DNA of 62,586 bases, filler included, from Globobulimina sp. (Eukaryota), in NCBI GenBank assembly GCA_003354225.1. It is 39 parts of 39 records of this genome, joined end to end, with 100 filler letters (N's around TTAATTAATTAA, not from the genome) between each part and the next. Parts side by side here need not be neighbours in the genome. Positions count along the whole stretch, not along the records: positions 48,232 to 49,738 come from PIVH01015590.1; positions 49,839 to 51,344 come from PIVH01015591.1; positions 51,445 to 52,950 come from PIVH01015592.1; positions 53,051 to 54,556 come from PIVH01015593.1; positions 54,657 to 56,162 come from PIVH01015594.1; positions 56,263 to 57,768 come from PIVH01015595.1; positions 57,869 to 59,374 come from PIVH01015596.1; positions 59,475 to 60,980 come from PIVH01015597.1; 31 more parts are not named here. One strand, given 5' to 3'. This document shows, one piece after another, positions 48,670 to 59,776 of this stretch (its first letter is position 1; the number at the start of each line of letters is the position of its first letter). Under the pieces are notes generated by a model. That model saw nothing but the letters and a program-made list of their open reading frames with translations, did no database searches and was not told the DNA's origin. The position numbers and the translations under genes were made by a program.

Positions 48670-48804
48670 TGGTAAATAATAAAAAAAATGATATTTAAAA
48701 AAAAATACAAAAAACACAACATAAACCACTGACAAACAGACACACATTCAGTGAGAACAACAAGGAGTATTTAAGACATTTTTTATCTTTATATAATAAG
48801 GATA

Positions 48805-49689
48805 ATGGCGGCCAAACAAGTACCTCTCACTTTGTTTGAGAGATCACGACCTTATCTAATGGTTCTCATGGGAATAGGCTCTTTCTCTGCAGCTAAATGG
48901 CAACACATGAGAAAAGAAAAAAAAGTTGAATATTTAACATTGATGGAACAACGTTTATCATGCGATGCCGTTGCATGTCCAAACTCATTAACAACTCATG
49001 AAATAAATAATGACTATAAATTTAAGAAAGTATTCATTTCTGGCGATATCAATCCAAGTAATAATATTATAATAAGTCCGAGAAAACCGCCATATTCCGC
49101 AAGAATTAAAAATATAAATCTCAATGATCCCAAAGAATTGGGCGGTTATATTTATTCACCAATTATAACTGAATCAGGTGATATGGTGATAGTTAATCAA
49201 GGATGGATTCCAAAAGAACAGTTACCATCAAACGATACGAAGTCAACAATATCTGTTCGTAATTATTATGAAGGATTAATAACACCGTTGAAAAATATAC
49301 CTAAATTTGTAAAAGATGCAGCAAAGTTTAATGTAAATGATAATATTTGGCCATTTATGGATAATGAACTTTTAAAACAAAGATATGGTACACAACAACA
49401 TGGAGATAAGAAGGGATTTGTTGTGATTGATGTCTTGAAGCCAGAGAATGAAATTGGAACTTATCCGCATAGAGTACAAAGCAATGATTTATTGATGGTT
49501 AATATACCTCCAATGCAACATGCTGTGTATGTGTGGCTAATGTGTTGCACAGGAATTGCATGCGCCTATTATTCTTATTATTTCTTTAAAAATCCAAGAA
49601 GTATTAAAAAAATCAATTCACTGCTTTATAAGCGAAAAGTCTCTCAATTGAACGCACAAAGACACAAAATTGATAAAAAACAGTTGTGA
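48805..49689 (+). CDS. SURF1: SURF1/Shy1 cytochrome c oxidase assembly protein
   Basis: TM then KWQHMRKEKK; YKFKKVFISG; GGYIYSP...VIVNQGWIP; QHAVYVWL before the C-terminal TM. Confidence 0.85.
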   Translation: MAAKQVPLTLFERSRPYLMVLMGIGSFSAAKWQHMRKEKKVEYLTLMEQRLSCDAVACPNSLTTHEINNDYKFKKVFISGDINPSNNIIISPRKPPYSARIKNINLNDPKELGGYIYSPIITESGDMVIVNQGWIPKEQLPSNDTKSTISVRNYYEGLITPLKNIPKFVKDAAKFNVNDNIWPFMDNELLKQRYGTQQHGDKKGFVVIDVLKPENEIGTYPHRVQSNDLLMVNIPPMQHAVYVWLMCCTGIACAYYSYYFFKNPRSIKKINSLLYKRKVSQLNAQRHKIDKKQL

Positions 49690-49838
49690 AATATAGTACA
49701 AATCTAATTTTAGAAAAAAATGGAAAATTCTAATTGTTNNNNNNNNNNNNNNNNNNNNNNNNNNNNNNNNNNNNNNNNNNNNTTAATTAATTAANNNNNN
49801 NNNNNNNNNNNNNNNNNNNNNNNNNNNNNNNNNNNNNN

Positions 49839-51201
49839 TTTAACCAAAGCTGAATATAAAACATTCGCAAAAACTGTGAAATTATTACATTGCATGAAAG
49901 ACTCAAACGACATTCAGCAATTCCAACAAAATATTATCACACCTTTTATTTACTTATTTGCTGCTGAAAACCGACAATATTTACTACATTCATTATCATC
50001 CATAATTCCTTCTGTATATAAGCGACATTATAAGCAGAAAATACGTGCGCACATAAAAAGTAAAACCAAAAAAAATGAATTATCATCGCAGGAATGGCAT
50101 TGTACGGAGTGTAATATGTGTAATATGTCATCGTTATTGAACTGCGAAGGATGCTTGAAACCAAAATCAAAATCAAGTAACAATATGATTGTAAATGGTG
50201 CTGCATTACAGCGAATATCCGGTGTTGACAGTGAGAGATTGGGATATAAATTGGATGCATTACGGGAGAGATTAAAAGCTAAATATAACATTCGTCAGTT
50301 ACACTATGTATTCAGTCAGCCCATACTGGATTTATTGGGTAGATATGCACCGATTGAAGTTGCACAATTGGGATACTTTGATATTCCGCCCATGAAAATA
50401 GATCAATATGGCAGTGAGATTGTGAATGTAATTAAGGAATATTTGCATGAGAATGAGATTGTGAGTCCATTTTTAAGGCCACGTAAAGTGGGCTCGAGGC
50501 ATTTGCAACCACCAATGTTTGGGAAAAGACATAGAAATTATAATTATAATATGGAGCTGGATGGAACTGATAGTGGTTGTAAATATTGCTGCAATTTATT
50601 TGATATTAATGTGATTGCTGCGCATCAGAGAGAGTGTGTAATGAGGCATATTGGTTCAAATTTAGCTGGGAATTCGAAGGAGATAATTATTATTGATGAT
50701 GATTGTGAGGATAATGAAACTAATAAACAAAAGGAGGTGGAAAAAGCAATTGAAATTGATATGGATGAGAAAGTTGCAATGGATGTTAATATGAATGATA
50801 ATATAGATGCGAATGAGAAGGAATTTTTAGCATTGCCTGCGTTAGAGAGAGTTGATCGCGGTGAGAATAAAAATAATAATAATGGAGAGAGAGAGGATGG
50901 AAATGTAAATATAAATTATTTTGATGGAATTGATGATGTTATGTTTACTCAAATTATTATGGAGGAAAAAAAATGTAATGAAAATAAAATAAATGAAGAA
51001 AATGAGAATGATGATGGATATGTGAATGATAATGAAATGTTACAATGTTTGGAGAGAACGGAGGAAAGGATAAAAAATAAAAATAATATTAAAAACAAAT
51101 TACAGGCAAAGAAATTAAAATTACATGAATTGAAACAACAGGAATTCAATGTGGAAGGTGAAGTTCGTGATTTGGAAAGAAAATTGCTTGATTTTAGTTG
51201 A
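49839..51201 (+). CDS. RanBP2-type zinc finger + HRDC-like + UBZ-like zinc finger protein, 5'-partial
   Basis: WHCTECNMCN...CEGC; LDALRERL...YVFSQPILDLL...KIDQYGSEIVNVI; CKYCCNLF...AAHQREC. Confidence 0.65.
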
Positions 51202-51444
51202 GATTGCTTTGTTTTCGGTTTGAATTTATTTTTACTGTGTATTTTGATTCTGCATTTTAGCTATTTTCGTAAAATCGTTACCTTTTTGAAAATCTTTTCT
51301 GAAAATGTTCTTGGAAAACGTTTCTGAAAATGTATGAAAATGTTNNNNNNNNNNNNNNNNNNNNNNNNNNNNNNNNNNNNNNNNNNNNTTAATTAATTAA
51401 NNNNNNNNNNNNNNNNNNNNNNNNNNNNNNNNNNNNNNNNNNNN

Positions 51445-52769
51445 TTCTGAAGGGCTATCTGCGGAAACTTCAGCCAAAGGACAGCAACAACAAGATAGCA
51501 GCCGAAATATTAGAAACGTGCGGATTATATTGTTTCTCATTGGATGAGTTTAAGGAGTTAAGATCGTCCGGTTTGAGGAAACAAATTAAACAAAATAAAA
51601 TCCTGCAGAAGTTCTCAAAAAAAACGTGTATAATCGGAGCAGATAACACCACCATTCATTACACCTCGAAACACAAACAATACATTATTGGCACACGAAA
51701 TATTTCCGCATCGTCGGGTGTACATTTTTGGAAATTCGCATTAAATGCAAACAACTCGAAATGTGCAGTTGCAGTCAGTTTGATGTACAACAAACATTCA
51801 AATGCGATCGGAGTGGGACCACGTCTCACAATCAGCGAATTGCCACAATTGGATGACGTCCCGCTATGTATTGAAATGTATTTTAATTCGAGTAGTTCCA
51901 CACTCATATACTCAGTGAATGAGATCCGCCAAAAACCAATAAAAGTCGAACAAGTCAGACATAGCAAATATAGAATGTTTGTCTCACTGAATGGCGTTGC
52001 TAAGAATTCAATTATCAATGTACAGCTAATTAGTTATCAATCGTCAGAAATATGTTTCCGTGTTCTGAACAACAAAAAGAATGAGTATGATCCTGATGAA
52101 GTGGCCAAAGTGTGTATGGATTATGCGGAGTTAAGTTACAATTTGCAAACAAAACTGACATATACAAAAAAAGCATTAGCTTTTTATCCGAAACACGATT
52201 TATGGAATTCAATGTACATTGCATTGTTGATGAAATTGCAAAGTTATCAGCAAGCATATAAGTATGTGGTTGGTTGCGGTGAAGGTCAGTTAGGAATCGC
52301 TAATTTGGCCGCACATTTTGAAGAGGAAAAGGACTTTAAGAAAGCCAGCGAATTATATGAGTTATTGGACAGTTCTACGATGAATGAAGGATGCAGTTGT
52401 TTGATAGTCGGAATGTGTAAACAAAAGAATGGCGAATATAAGAAAGCATTGAAACTGTTTTATCAACAAATGGATCACAGAAATGAAGATTCCAATGCTT
52501 ATAAAACAGTTTGCCAAACACATATTGGTTGTGTTCATTATGAATTGCTGGATTTTGTGTTTTGTTTAAAAGCATTGATGCATTTGGAGGATGAACAGTC
52601 ATTTCTATATTTTACACAACAACTTACTGATAATCATGATAAGAAAGTTGATTTTTGTATTTTTTTAGATAAAGCCAGATGTTTTAATGCTGCACAGTTT
52701 GAGATGAATCAACATAGTTACAACACCAAAATGGAAATGCTTATTAATGCAATGTGTGAAGTTGTGTGA
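51445..52769 (+). CDS. SPRY-like + TPR-like repeat protein, 5'-partial
   Basis: IIGTRNISASSGVHFWKF (SPRY start); helical repeats FKKASELYE, YKKALKLFY. Confidence 0.6.
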
Positions 52770-53050
52770 TTTAATTGTTGTGTATTTTTGTTCTTCGCAA
52801 GCAAAGTTTGACATTTCTTGTAGGTTTTTGTCCGATCAATTAATCAACACTTAGCCTCCGATTTAACCCAATCCCAACTCGCCACTGTTGAATCTGAAGA
52901 GTAAAAAACTGATCAAAAAAATAACACAGATTCAAACTGTTATCTTTTGGNNNNNNNNNNNNNNNNNNNNNNNNNNNNNNNNNNNNNNNNNNNNTTAATT
53001 AATTAANNNNNNNNNNNNNNNNNNNNNNNNNNNNNNNNNNNNNNNNNNNN

Positions 53051-54221
53051 TACATAATAAAATCGATCTCTTTATAACTGCTGGAACTAGTTTTAATGTT
53101 TGAAACCAATCTAAATCTGCCACGCCATTCCTTAATGAATAAATGTACGCCGAATAAATGCCAAATCTATACCATAACACATAAATATTATTGACAATAA
53201 AACGTATAAACAACCACATAATACCAAATATAACCAATCCCATCACACTTAATAAAATCACAGATTGCAAACTAAAATTTGCGTGTAATATTTTCGGACT
53301 TTCTAAGCAATGCGACCAAATAACGCGGTGTGAACTGAAGTCACTGCCCCCAGGCCTTTTTGATATAACATAATAAATACGATAATAAAAATGGACTTGT
53401 TCTGGTGCTAAACCGCTAGCTGTCCATAGCACTGGTACTGCTTTCCTGGAATGTCTGGCTCCCATTCTAACTTTCAAATACTCCAACAATGCATAATCGT
53501 ACTTCACAGATACGGGTTTTAACTCCCTTACTTCAGAGAGGAAGCACCCTTGAATATAAACCCAAGAGTGAGTTATAAGCCATAGTAATGCAGCAAAAAA
53601 TATAATGTCTATGATATATACACCCAAATAATGACACGGAAATATACTAAACACTTCGACACGGAAAAAGGCACCAAAATAATAATAAAAATACCAATCA
53701 TAATCAATGTTCAACACTACCAGTTCAGGATAATAACCACGAATAAAATGCGGTCCTCTAAAACTAAAACAGACCATAAAATGCTGTTTACAATGTCGAC
53801 CGATGCTAAAAAGCTCATAGATCAATGACCATAATAAAGCGTCAAAGATATACTCTTGGCGAACGAACAAAAAATCTATCGGTTGTTGAAAATAACCGCC
53901 TAACGAGTTCCCCATATCGGTTGGTCCAAACCAATGCACGTTATATCCATAAAGGACTAATATTATTATATAAAAATAGCACAAGATTATAGTGCTGGTT
54001 TGTTTAATCTCTCTAAACCTCGTAAAGAGGTATTTGGATTTTTTGGAATCCACTGAAATGTTGATAAATGTGAATGTGCAGTTTAATGTTGATAAAAATG
54101 ACCAATAAAGTAATAATATAACAGAGCGAGGCCAGGGCAATGCATAATAAGCACCTCCTGCAATGCATGCTCCCGTTACAAATAAATAAACACAAAAAGT
54201 AAACTCTGTCATTGAAAGCAT
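53051..54221 (-). CDS. Hydrophobic multi-pass ORFan; complete 408 aa when the contig is circularised (continues 54437->54382)
   Basis: Intronless F/Y/I/L/W-rich ORF; reads through the terminal overlap to end ...ILLCSESYGLFPVRWWRYDIFG*. Confidence 0.7.
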
Positions 54222-54556
54222 GAAGAGTGAAAGGGAAAGTTTTTTAATGATAAAACATCAAAAAAACTTTTAACACAAAAACGAAACACACCGACAACAC
54301 AATAAAACAAAACACATCAAACAATGGGCACAAACTAAACATAAATCACGTCAATAAACTAGATTTTAATCCAAGCACCAATTAACCAAAAATATCATAC
54401 CGCCACCAACGTACTGGAAACAATCCATATGATTCACTACATAATAAAATCGATCTCTTTATAACTGCTGGAACTAGTTTTAATGTTTGAAACCAATCTA
54501 AATCTGCCACGCCATTCCTTAATGAATAAATGTACGCCGAATAAATGCCAAATCTA
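53051..54556. repeat. Exact 119-bp terminal direct repeat: circular or tandem unit of 1387 bp
   Basis: 53051-53169 is identical to 54438-54556, flush with both contig ends. Confidence 0.95.
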
Positions 54557-54884
54557 NNNNNNNNNNNNNNNNNNNNNNNNNNNNNNNNNNNNNNNNNNNN
54601 TTAATTAATTAANNNNNNNNNNNNNNNNNNNNNNNNNNNNNNNNNNNNNNNNNNNNATGATCAAACGGAAGAGGAGTCCGATTATGCTAATGATGATATG
54701 TAGGAACTAATTCGTATTATATTGTTTGTTTACAATCAAACTAATTTCTTTGATCATGAAATATTGCTTGTTTAATTTTTATATACATCTGACAGTGCTT
54801 ATATTTGGTTTATAATATATATACCACGAGGTTTTTTTTCTTCAGAACTTAATACTTGGCACAGACAACACTTGCATTTGAATC

Positions 54885-55577
54885 ATGGGAAACAACTGTA
54901 ATTTAGGATGCCTTGTAGGCGCTAGATATCCATCTCGAAATAATATTAAAACAGTGATGCTCGGTACAAGTGATGTAGGCAAAACGAGTATTTTATATAC
55001 ATTAAAATTGGGAGAATTAATAGATAGTAAATCAACAATTGGATTTAATGTAGAAACAATTGATTATAAAAATACAAGTTTAGCAGTTTGGGATATCGGA
55101 GGCAGAGCAGATTTAATACCTATTTGGAAGTATTATTATCCAAATTGTCAATTTATTATTTGGGTTACCGATCTGTCAAAAATTTATAAAATTCCTAATA
55201 TGAATAAGTGTAAACATCTCATCAATGGATATGTAAACCAATTACAATATGCCTTAAATATTCCAAAACGTGTTCTAAATATTGTTATGAAATATGTGTT
55301 TGTGGACCATGGCTATGTTAAAGAAAAACAATTATTGCAGGATACATTGAGGAATGAGGACTTGGCAAGTTGTCCATTGCTGGTTTATGGCAACAAAAAA
55401 GATGTTGCAGATAATATCTCTGAAAATGATATCATTCATAATTTAGGATTGAACACCATCTCAAATCGGGAATGGCATGTTCAAAAATGTTGTTGTGTCA
55501 CAGGAGATGGATTGTACGAAGGACTTGATTTGTTATTGCAACATTGCCCGAAGCAACATTGTCCGAGAATATGTTGA
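54885..55577 (+). CDS. Arf/Arl-family small GTPase with an insertion of about 40 aa
   Basis: MGN start; GTSDVGKTS, STIGFNVET, WDIGGR, NKKD, TGDGLYEGL. Confidence 0.9.
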   Translation: MGNNCNLGCLVGARYPSRNNIKTVMLGTSDVGKTSILYTLKLGELIDSKSTIGFNVETIDYKNTSLAVWDIGGRADLIPIWKYYYPNCQFIIWVTDLSKIYKIPNMNKCKHLINGYVNQLQYALNIPKRVLNIVMKYVFVDHGYVKEKQLLQDTLRNEDLASCPLLVYGNKKDVADNISENDIIHNLGLNTISNREWHVQKCCCVTGDGLYEGLDLLLQHCPKQHCPRIC

Positions 55578-55639
55578 CAAAGAATTGAAGTTTATATTTA
55601 CTTAAAAAGTTTAATTAAAAAAAAACAATTTATAAATCA

Positions 55640-56032
55640 TTAACAAAACATGTCTCTTCCAGTCAATAAATGTCCACTTTTATTTGCATATTTTGCACAT
55701 TGATCCATAACAATTGCTCTTAATTTACGTATTTTATTTGTTGCAAATAATTCAACAAAGGATGGACAAAAATCAATCAAAACATTACCAAATGAGATTA
55801 ATGTTTCAGTCAAATAATCCAAATCAGAAACAGATAGAAATAAATATCCATTATTTCCAGCATACTCACATTGTTGTAATACTGCAGCGGACAATGATGA
55901 AATTAAATTGCCAGTCTCTAAATATTTAATATTATCCACAAATGGCATATTTGCATTGAAATCCTGTTTTTTTTCATCGTTATCTTGCAATAAATTCGAA
56001 GTATAAATTTTCCGAATTTGAGGGATTTCCAT
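55640..56032 (-). CDS. Hypothetical protein
   Basis: 130-aa ORF converging on the Arf gene. Confidence 0.4.
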   Translation of the reverse strand: MEIPQIRKIYTSNLLQDNDEKKQDFNANMPFVDNIKYLETGNLISSLSAAVLQQCEYAGNNGYLFLSVSDLDYLTETLISFGNVLIDFCPSFVELFATNKIRKLRAIVMDQCAKYANKSGHLLTGRDMFC

Positions 56033-56262
56033 TTCATCATAATTTTGAACATAATGGCCGCGAGATATTAAATCTAAACAGATTACTTTTTGTGGTCGAA
56101 AATGAAATAAAACAAACTCCGAAATACAATAATTATAATTTGAGGGTACATTTGGTGCATAANNNNNNNNNNNNNNNNNNNNNNNNNNNNNNNNNNNNNN
56201 NNNNNNTTAATTAATTAANNNNNNNNNNNNNNNNNNNNNNNNNNNNNNNNNNNNNNNNNNNN

Positions 56263-56369
56263 TTTTGTGTTAGCTAGAGTGGTTTTCAACTTTGAATACT
56301 AGGATTCGAAACCTAGGTCAACTTCGAATACTAGGTTGAAAACCACTCTAGCTAACCCAAAAACCTTGC
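56263..56369. mobile_element. Palindromic MITE-like repeat, family A copy 2
   Basis: Perfect 22-bp inverted repeats GTTAGCTAGAGTGGTTTTCAAC (56269-56290 / 56335-56356). Confidence 0.75.
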
Positions 56370-56667
56370 CAATTACAAAAGAAGTGTTTAGAAGTTTAAG
56401 CCTAAAAAGTCAATCCACCCTCTTATTACTCCTTTGATTCACTGATTGATACAGCAGGAATGAAATCAGTTATTATTTTTTATGGTATCAATGTGGCCAT
56501 CGTAGCATTGAAAGGAGATATGACATGGCGGGCGTTTCTGTGAAGACTTGCTCTTAAAAGAGGCTCTTGTAATGTCTTCATGTTTTTTGACTAAATGTTT
56601 GTTAACTACTTAAATTTACAACACATTCAATGTATGCGCAAGGATATAATGATTATACAATATAGAG

Positions 56668-57211
56668 TTATTTTTCTGTGCATTTTTCGTCATGTCCATA
56701 GTTTACATAATTTACATAAGTTCCGTAGTCACTTTCGCCGCGATCTGTATAATATCCATCCAATTCACAGTCCCCATAATATTCGGGTTGGGTGTAAAAT
56801 ATTTGTTTTCTTTTACGTTTTTCTTTCTTTTGCACCTTCTCTTTGTTTGGCACCTTTTCTTCCTCAGATGCAGACTCATCCTTTTTTATTCAAAAATTGT
56901 CGCAAGAAAAGTCTACACAACATATAATATATGTGTCGATCCAAAAAAAAACACACTTTATTGATTGCAGCTGTTCTTTGCTGTATTTGTTTTTCAATCA
57001 ATAATTCATCTCTTTCTTTATTGAATTCATCTCTTTCTTTATTGAATTCATCTCTTTCTTTATTGAATTCATCACTTTCTTTATTGAATTCATCTCTTTC
57101 TTTATTGAATTCATCTCTTTCTTTATTGAATTCATCTCTTTCTTTATAGAATTCATCTCTTTCTTTTTGTAATTCAGAATTTGTTTGGGTTGTACCTATA
57201 CAAGAGCCCAT
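56668..57211 (-). CDS. N-acylated small coiled-coil protein with heptad repeats, probable intron near 56881-56957
   Basis: MGSCIGT start; (KERDEFN)n; second exon DESASEEEKVPNKEK... Confidence 0.55.
57003..57167. repeat. 21-bp coding tandem repeat, about 8 copies
   Basis: AATTCATCTCTTTCTTTATTG units with single-base variants. Confidence 0.92.
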
Positions 57212-57868
57212 GAGGTAAGATTTGTGTTTAATGTTAAGAAAAACTTTCAGAAAAAAATCAAATTTCATTTTGCATCAAAGTGTTCCTATTGATATTAAAA
57301 ACGGAAAACCAAATCCGAATAATTGGGATATTCCATATGGGTTCTTACCATTTGGTGAGTGGTGCACTGCGGATCATTTTAATTCTATGCAAATTATGAT
57401 TGATTTGTATTATTGTGGTTAGTCTGGATAATGACACATCTGCTGTTAACCACAAAAACTGCATATTTTGAATTCGAGGGATATCTCTATCGATCAAAAT
57501 ATCGTAACAAAACGGCACTGCAACCTTTCATTTCTTGTGCTTTATCAATTTGTGCCATCATTTTTAATGTGTTTGTATTATATATATCACTCTATCTTCA
57601 GTAATGATAAGGTGTATGCAGATAAAAATTTAACATTCATGGATTTCAATGATAAGTATATCATTTGAAAGCTCTAATCGAGCTAGTTCATATGGTATTG
57701 AATATATGGAAATCCGCTGATTAGATTTAATTATATTGGTCAAAATGTATTCTAATGGACAAATACATNNNNNNNNNNNNNNNNNNNNNNNNNNNNNNNN
57801 NNNNNNNNNNNNTTAATTAATTAANNNNNNNNNNNNNNNNNNNNNNNNNNNNNNNNNNNNNNNNNNNN

Positions 57869-57988
57869 AAATGGGGTAAAACGCATATATGGGGGCAATT
57901 TAATTGTATAATTTAATAACTCTTTGGTTTTTAACCCCCGCACATTAATTTCTGGCGCATTTTGTAAATCATTAATTGCTTGTTCCAT
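57869..57988 (-). CDS. Start of a gene immediately downstream of the SNF2 helicase
   Basis: MEQAINDLQNAPEINVRGLKTKELLNY..., open to the contig edge, 47 nt after the helicase stop. Confidence 0.5.
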
Positions 57989-58035
57989 CTATATATATAT
58001 ATTAATATGATATATTATTCTTAAATATATTATAT

Positions 58036-59373
58036 TTAATTCAATATTCTTAATATTTTTTCTTTATTTAATTTCCAAATAATTTTAAGTTCAGCGCTTG
58101 AATATGTTTTTTTAGTGTGAGTTTTCTTTGCAGGTTTACGTTTTATTCTTGGTTTATCTGGTGTTGGTACTTCACCATCATATTTTTCATCCATTTCATC
58201 TGTTTTAAACCCAGGTTTACGTGTTTTTTTCTTAGGTGTTTTCGCTTTAGGTGTTTTTTTCTTAGGTGTTAATTTAATAGATAATCTTCTAACTGCAGGT
58301 CCTTGCGCCATTAATTTATTAACTAAATCGGATAACTTAATTGCGTTAATTGATACCAGATTTGGTTTTGTATCATTTTTCAAAGAATCAAATATAGTTA
58401 GTTTCCCTACACCCTTAGCAATCATTAATTCCTCTATTGTGTTCTTAACGATTAGTCTATATGTATGAACTTTCTTTGTTTGGCCAATTCGCAGAGCGCG
58501 CGCAATTGCTTGATTTTCTAATGCAGAATTCCACCACGTATCAGTAAGTATGATATGATTAGCCTGTGTCAAATTTAATCCCTCGGCACCAATTTTATAA
58601 TTCATTATTAATACGTTATCGGTTTTACTCTTCTTCCATAGATCTATCTTATCTAATCGTTGATTAATATTATCACCAGATTTTACCATTGTATTTTTGT
58701 ATGGTAATTTATCCGAGACTATTTGCAGAAATGAAGTAAATGCACCAAAAATTATAACTTTCTCTTTTCGTTCAGTAATCATTTTAATGATTTTTATGAT
58801 TTCATCATATTTTTCGTTGTCAAATGGTATATTACTAATATCTATATCATCACAATTTTCCAAACCACTCAATGTTAGTGGTACAGTCCCTTGAACCTTT
58901 ATCGCGTCATCAACTGCTGATTTTAAATACATACATATCTCTTTAAATCCCTTAATCGATTTTTCATTTAATGATAATAAATGTGGGTCTAATGTAGCTT
59001 GTCGTAGCCGTGTGATAGCGGCAAATACTTTTGTTACTGACAATTGGTGTTGTTGAAACATAATAAATTTTGTAACAAAGTCTTCAGCATATATACGGTA
59101 TATCAATAATTGCATAGCTGACATATTAACTTTTATTACGTGTTCTTTAGAATCCGGTAATTTTACCTTAGCTTGTTCATAATTTAATTGATAAAATAAG
59201 CTAAATAAACTTGGTGGGATTTTTTGTCTGGGCCATTTCGCAAAATTATCAAATCCTCTTACGCTTATTAATTGTAATAATGCAATTAATTCGGATTGAT
59301 TATTTCTAATTGGTGTTCCGCTTAAACCAATGAAAAAGTCATGTGGTAATGCAAAAACAGATTTAAATATTGA
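58036..59373 (-). CDS. SNF2-family helicase (RAD5/16-like without RING), 5'-partial, possibly from a large DNA virus
   Basis: LSGTPIRNN..EL, ITRLRQA, KVIIFGAFTSFL, GAEGLNLTQANHIILTDTWWNSALENQAIARALRIGQ. Confidence 0.9.
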   Translation of the reverse strand, partial: SIFKSVFALPHDFFIGLSGTPIRNNQSELIALLQLISVRGFDNFAKWPRQKIPPSLFSLFYQLNYEQAKVKLPDSKEHVIKVNMSAMQLLIYRIYAEDFVTKFIMFQQHQLSVTKVFAAITRLRQATLDPHLLSLNEKSIKGFKEICMYLKSAVDDAIKVQGTVPLTLSGLENCDDIDISNIPFDNEKYDEIIKIIKMITERKEKVIIFGAFTSFLQIVSDKLPYKNTMVKSGDNINQRLDKIDLWKKSKTDNVLIMNYKIGAEGLNLTQANHIILTDTWWNSALENQAIARALRIGQTKKVHTYRLIVKNTIEELMIAKGVGKLTIFDSLKNDTKPNLVSINAIKLSDLVNKLMAQGPAVRRLSIKLTPKKKTPKAKTPKKKTRKPGFKTDEMDEKYDGEVPTPDKPRIKRKPAKKTHTKKTYSSAELKIIWKLNKEKILRILN

Positions 59374-59776
59374 TNNNNNNNNNNNNNNNNNNNNNNNNNN
59401 NNNNNNNNNNNNNNNNNNTTAATTAATTAANNNNNNNNNNNNNNNNNNNNNNNNNNNNNNNNNNNNNNNNNNNNTGTTTTGCCTAACAAAAAAAACAATA
59501 TTCAACTACACTGTGTTTACATAAAAAGTAGTGGTTAAACAGTAAATATACTGTTTGTCTATTTGTTTTTTCAGAGAAAAACAGTGGAAGAGGATATTGT
59601 TTTTTTGATAGGCAAAACATGGGGTACCCAAAAATTTTTTGATAGATCTCTTCTTTGATCCTTCAAAATGGCTTTGAATATATTCAGAAACAGTCAGATT
59701 TATTAATCCAACAGCAAGCAAACAAACAAATAGTTGTGTAACAAAATAGCAAATAAAATTAAGAGTTGCTTCAATA

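Noticed and set aside
53051-54556. Obelisk/viroid-like RNA or CRESS virus identity for the circle
   Set aside because: No evident rod-like self-complementarity (strong strand skew), no Rep motifs, and the protein is multi-pass hydrophobic.
56931-57149. (SSLSLLN)n plus-strand ORF
   Set aside because: Antisense reading of the KERDEFN repeat.
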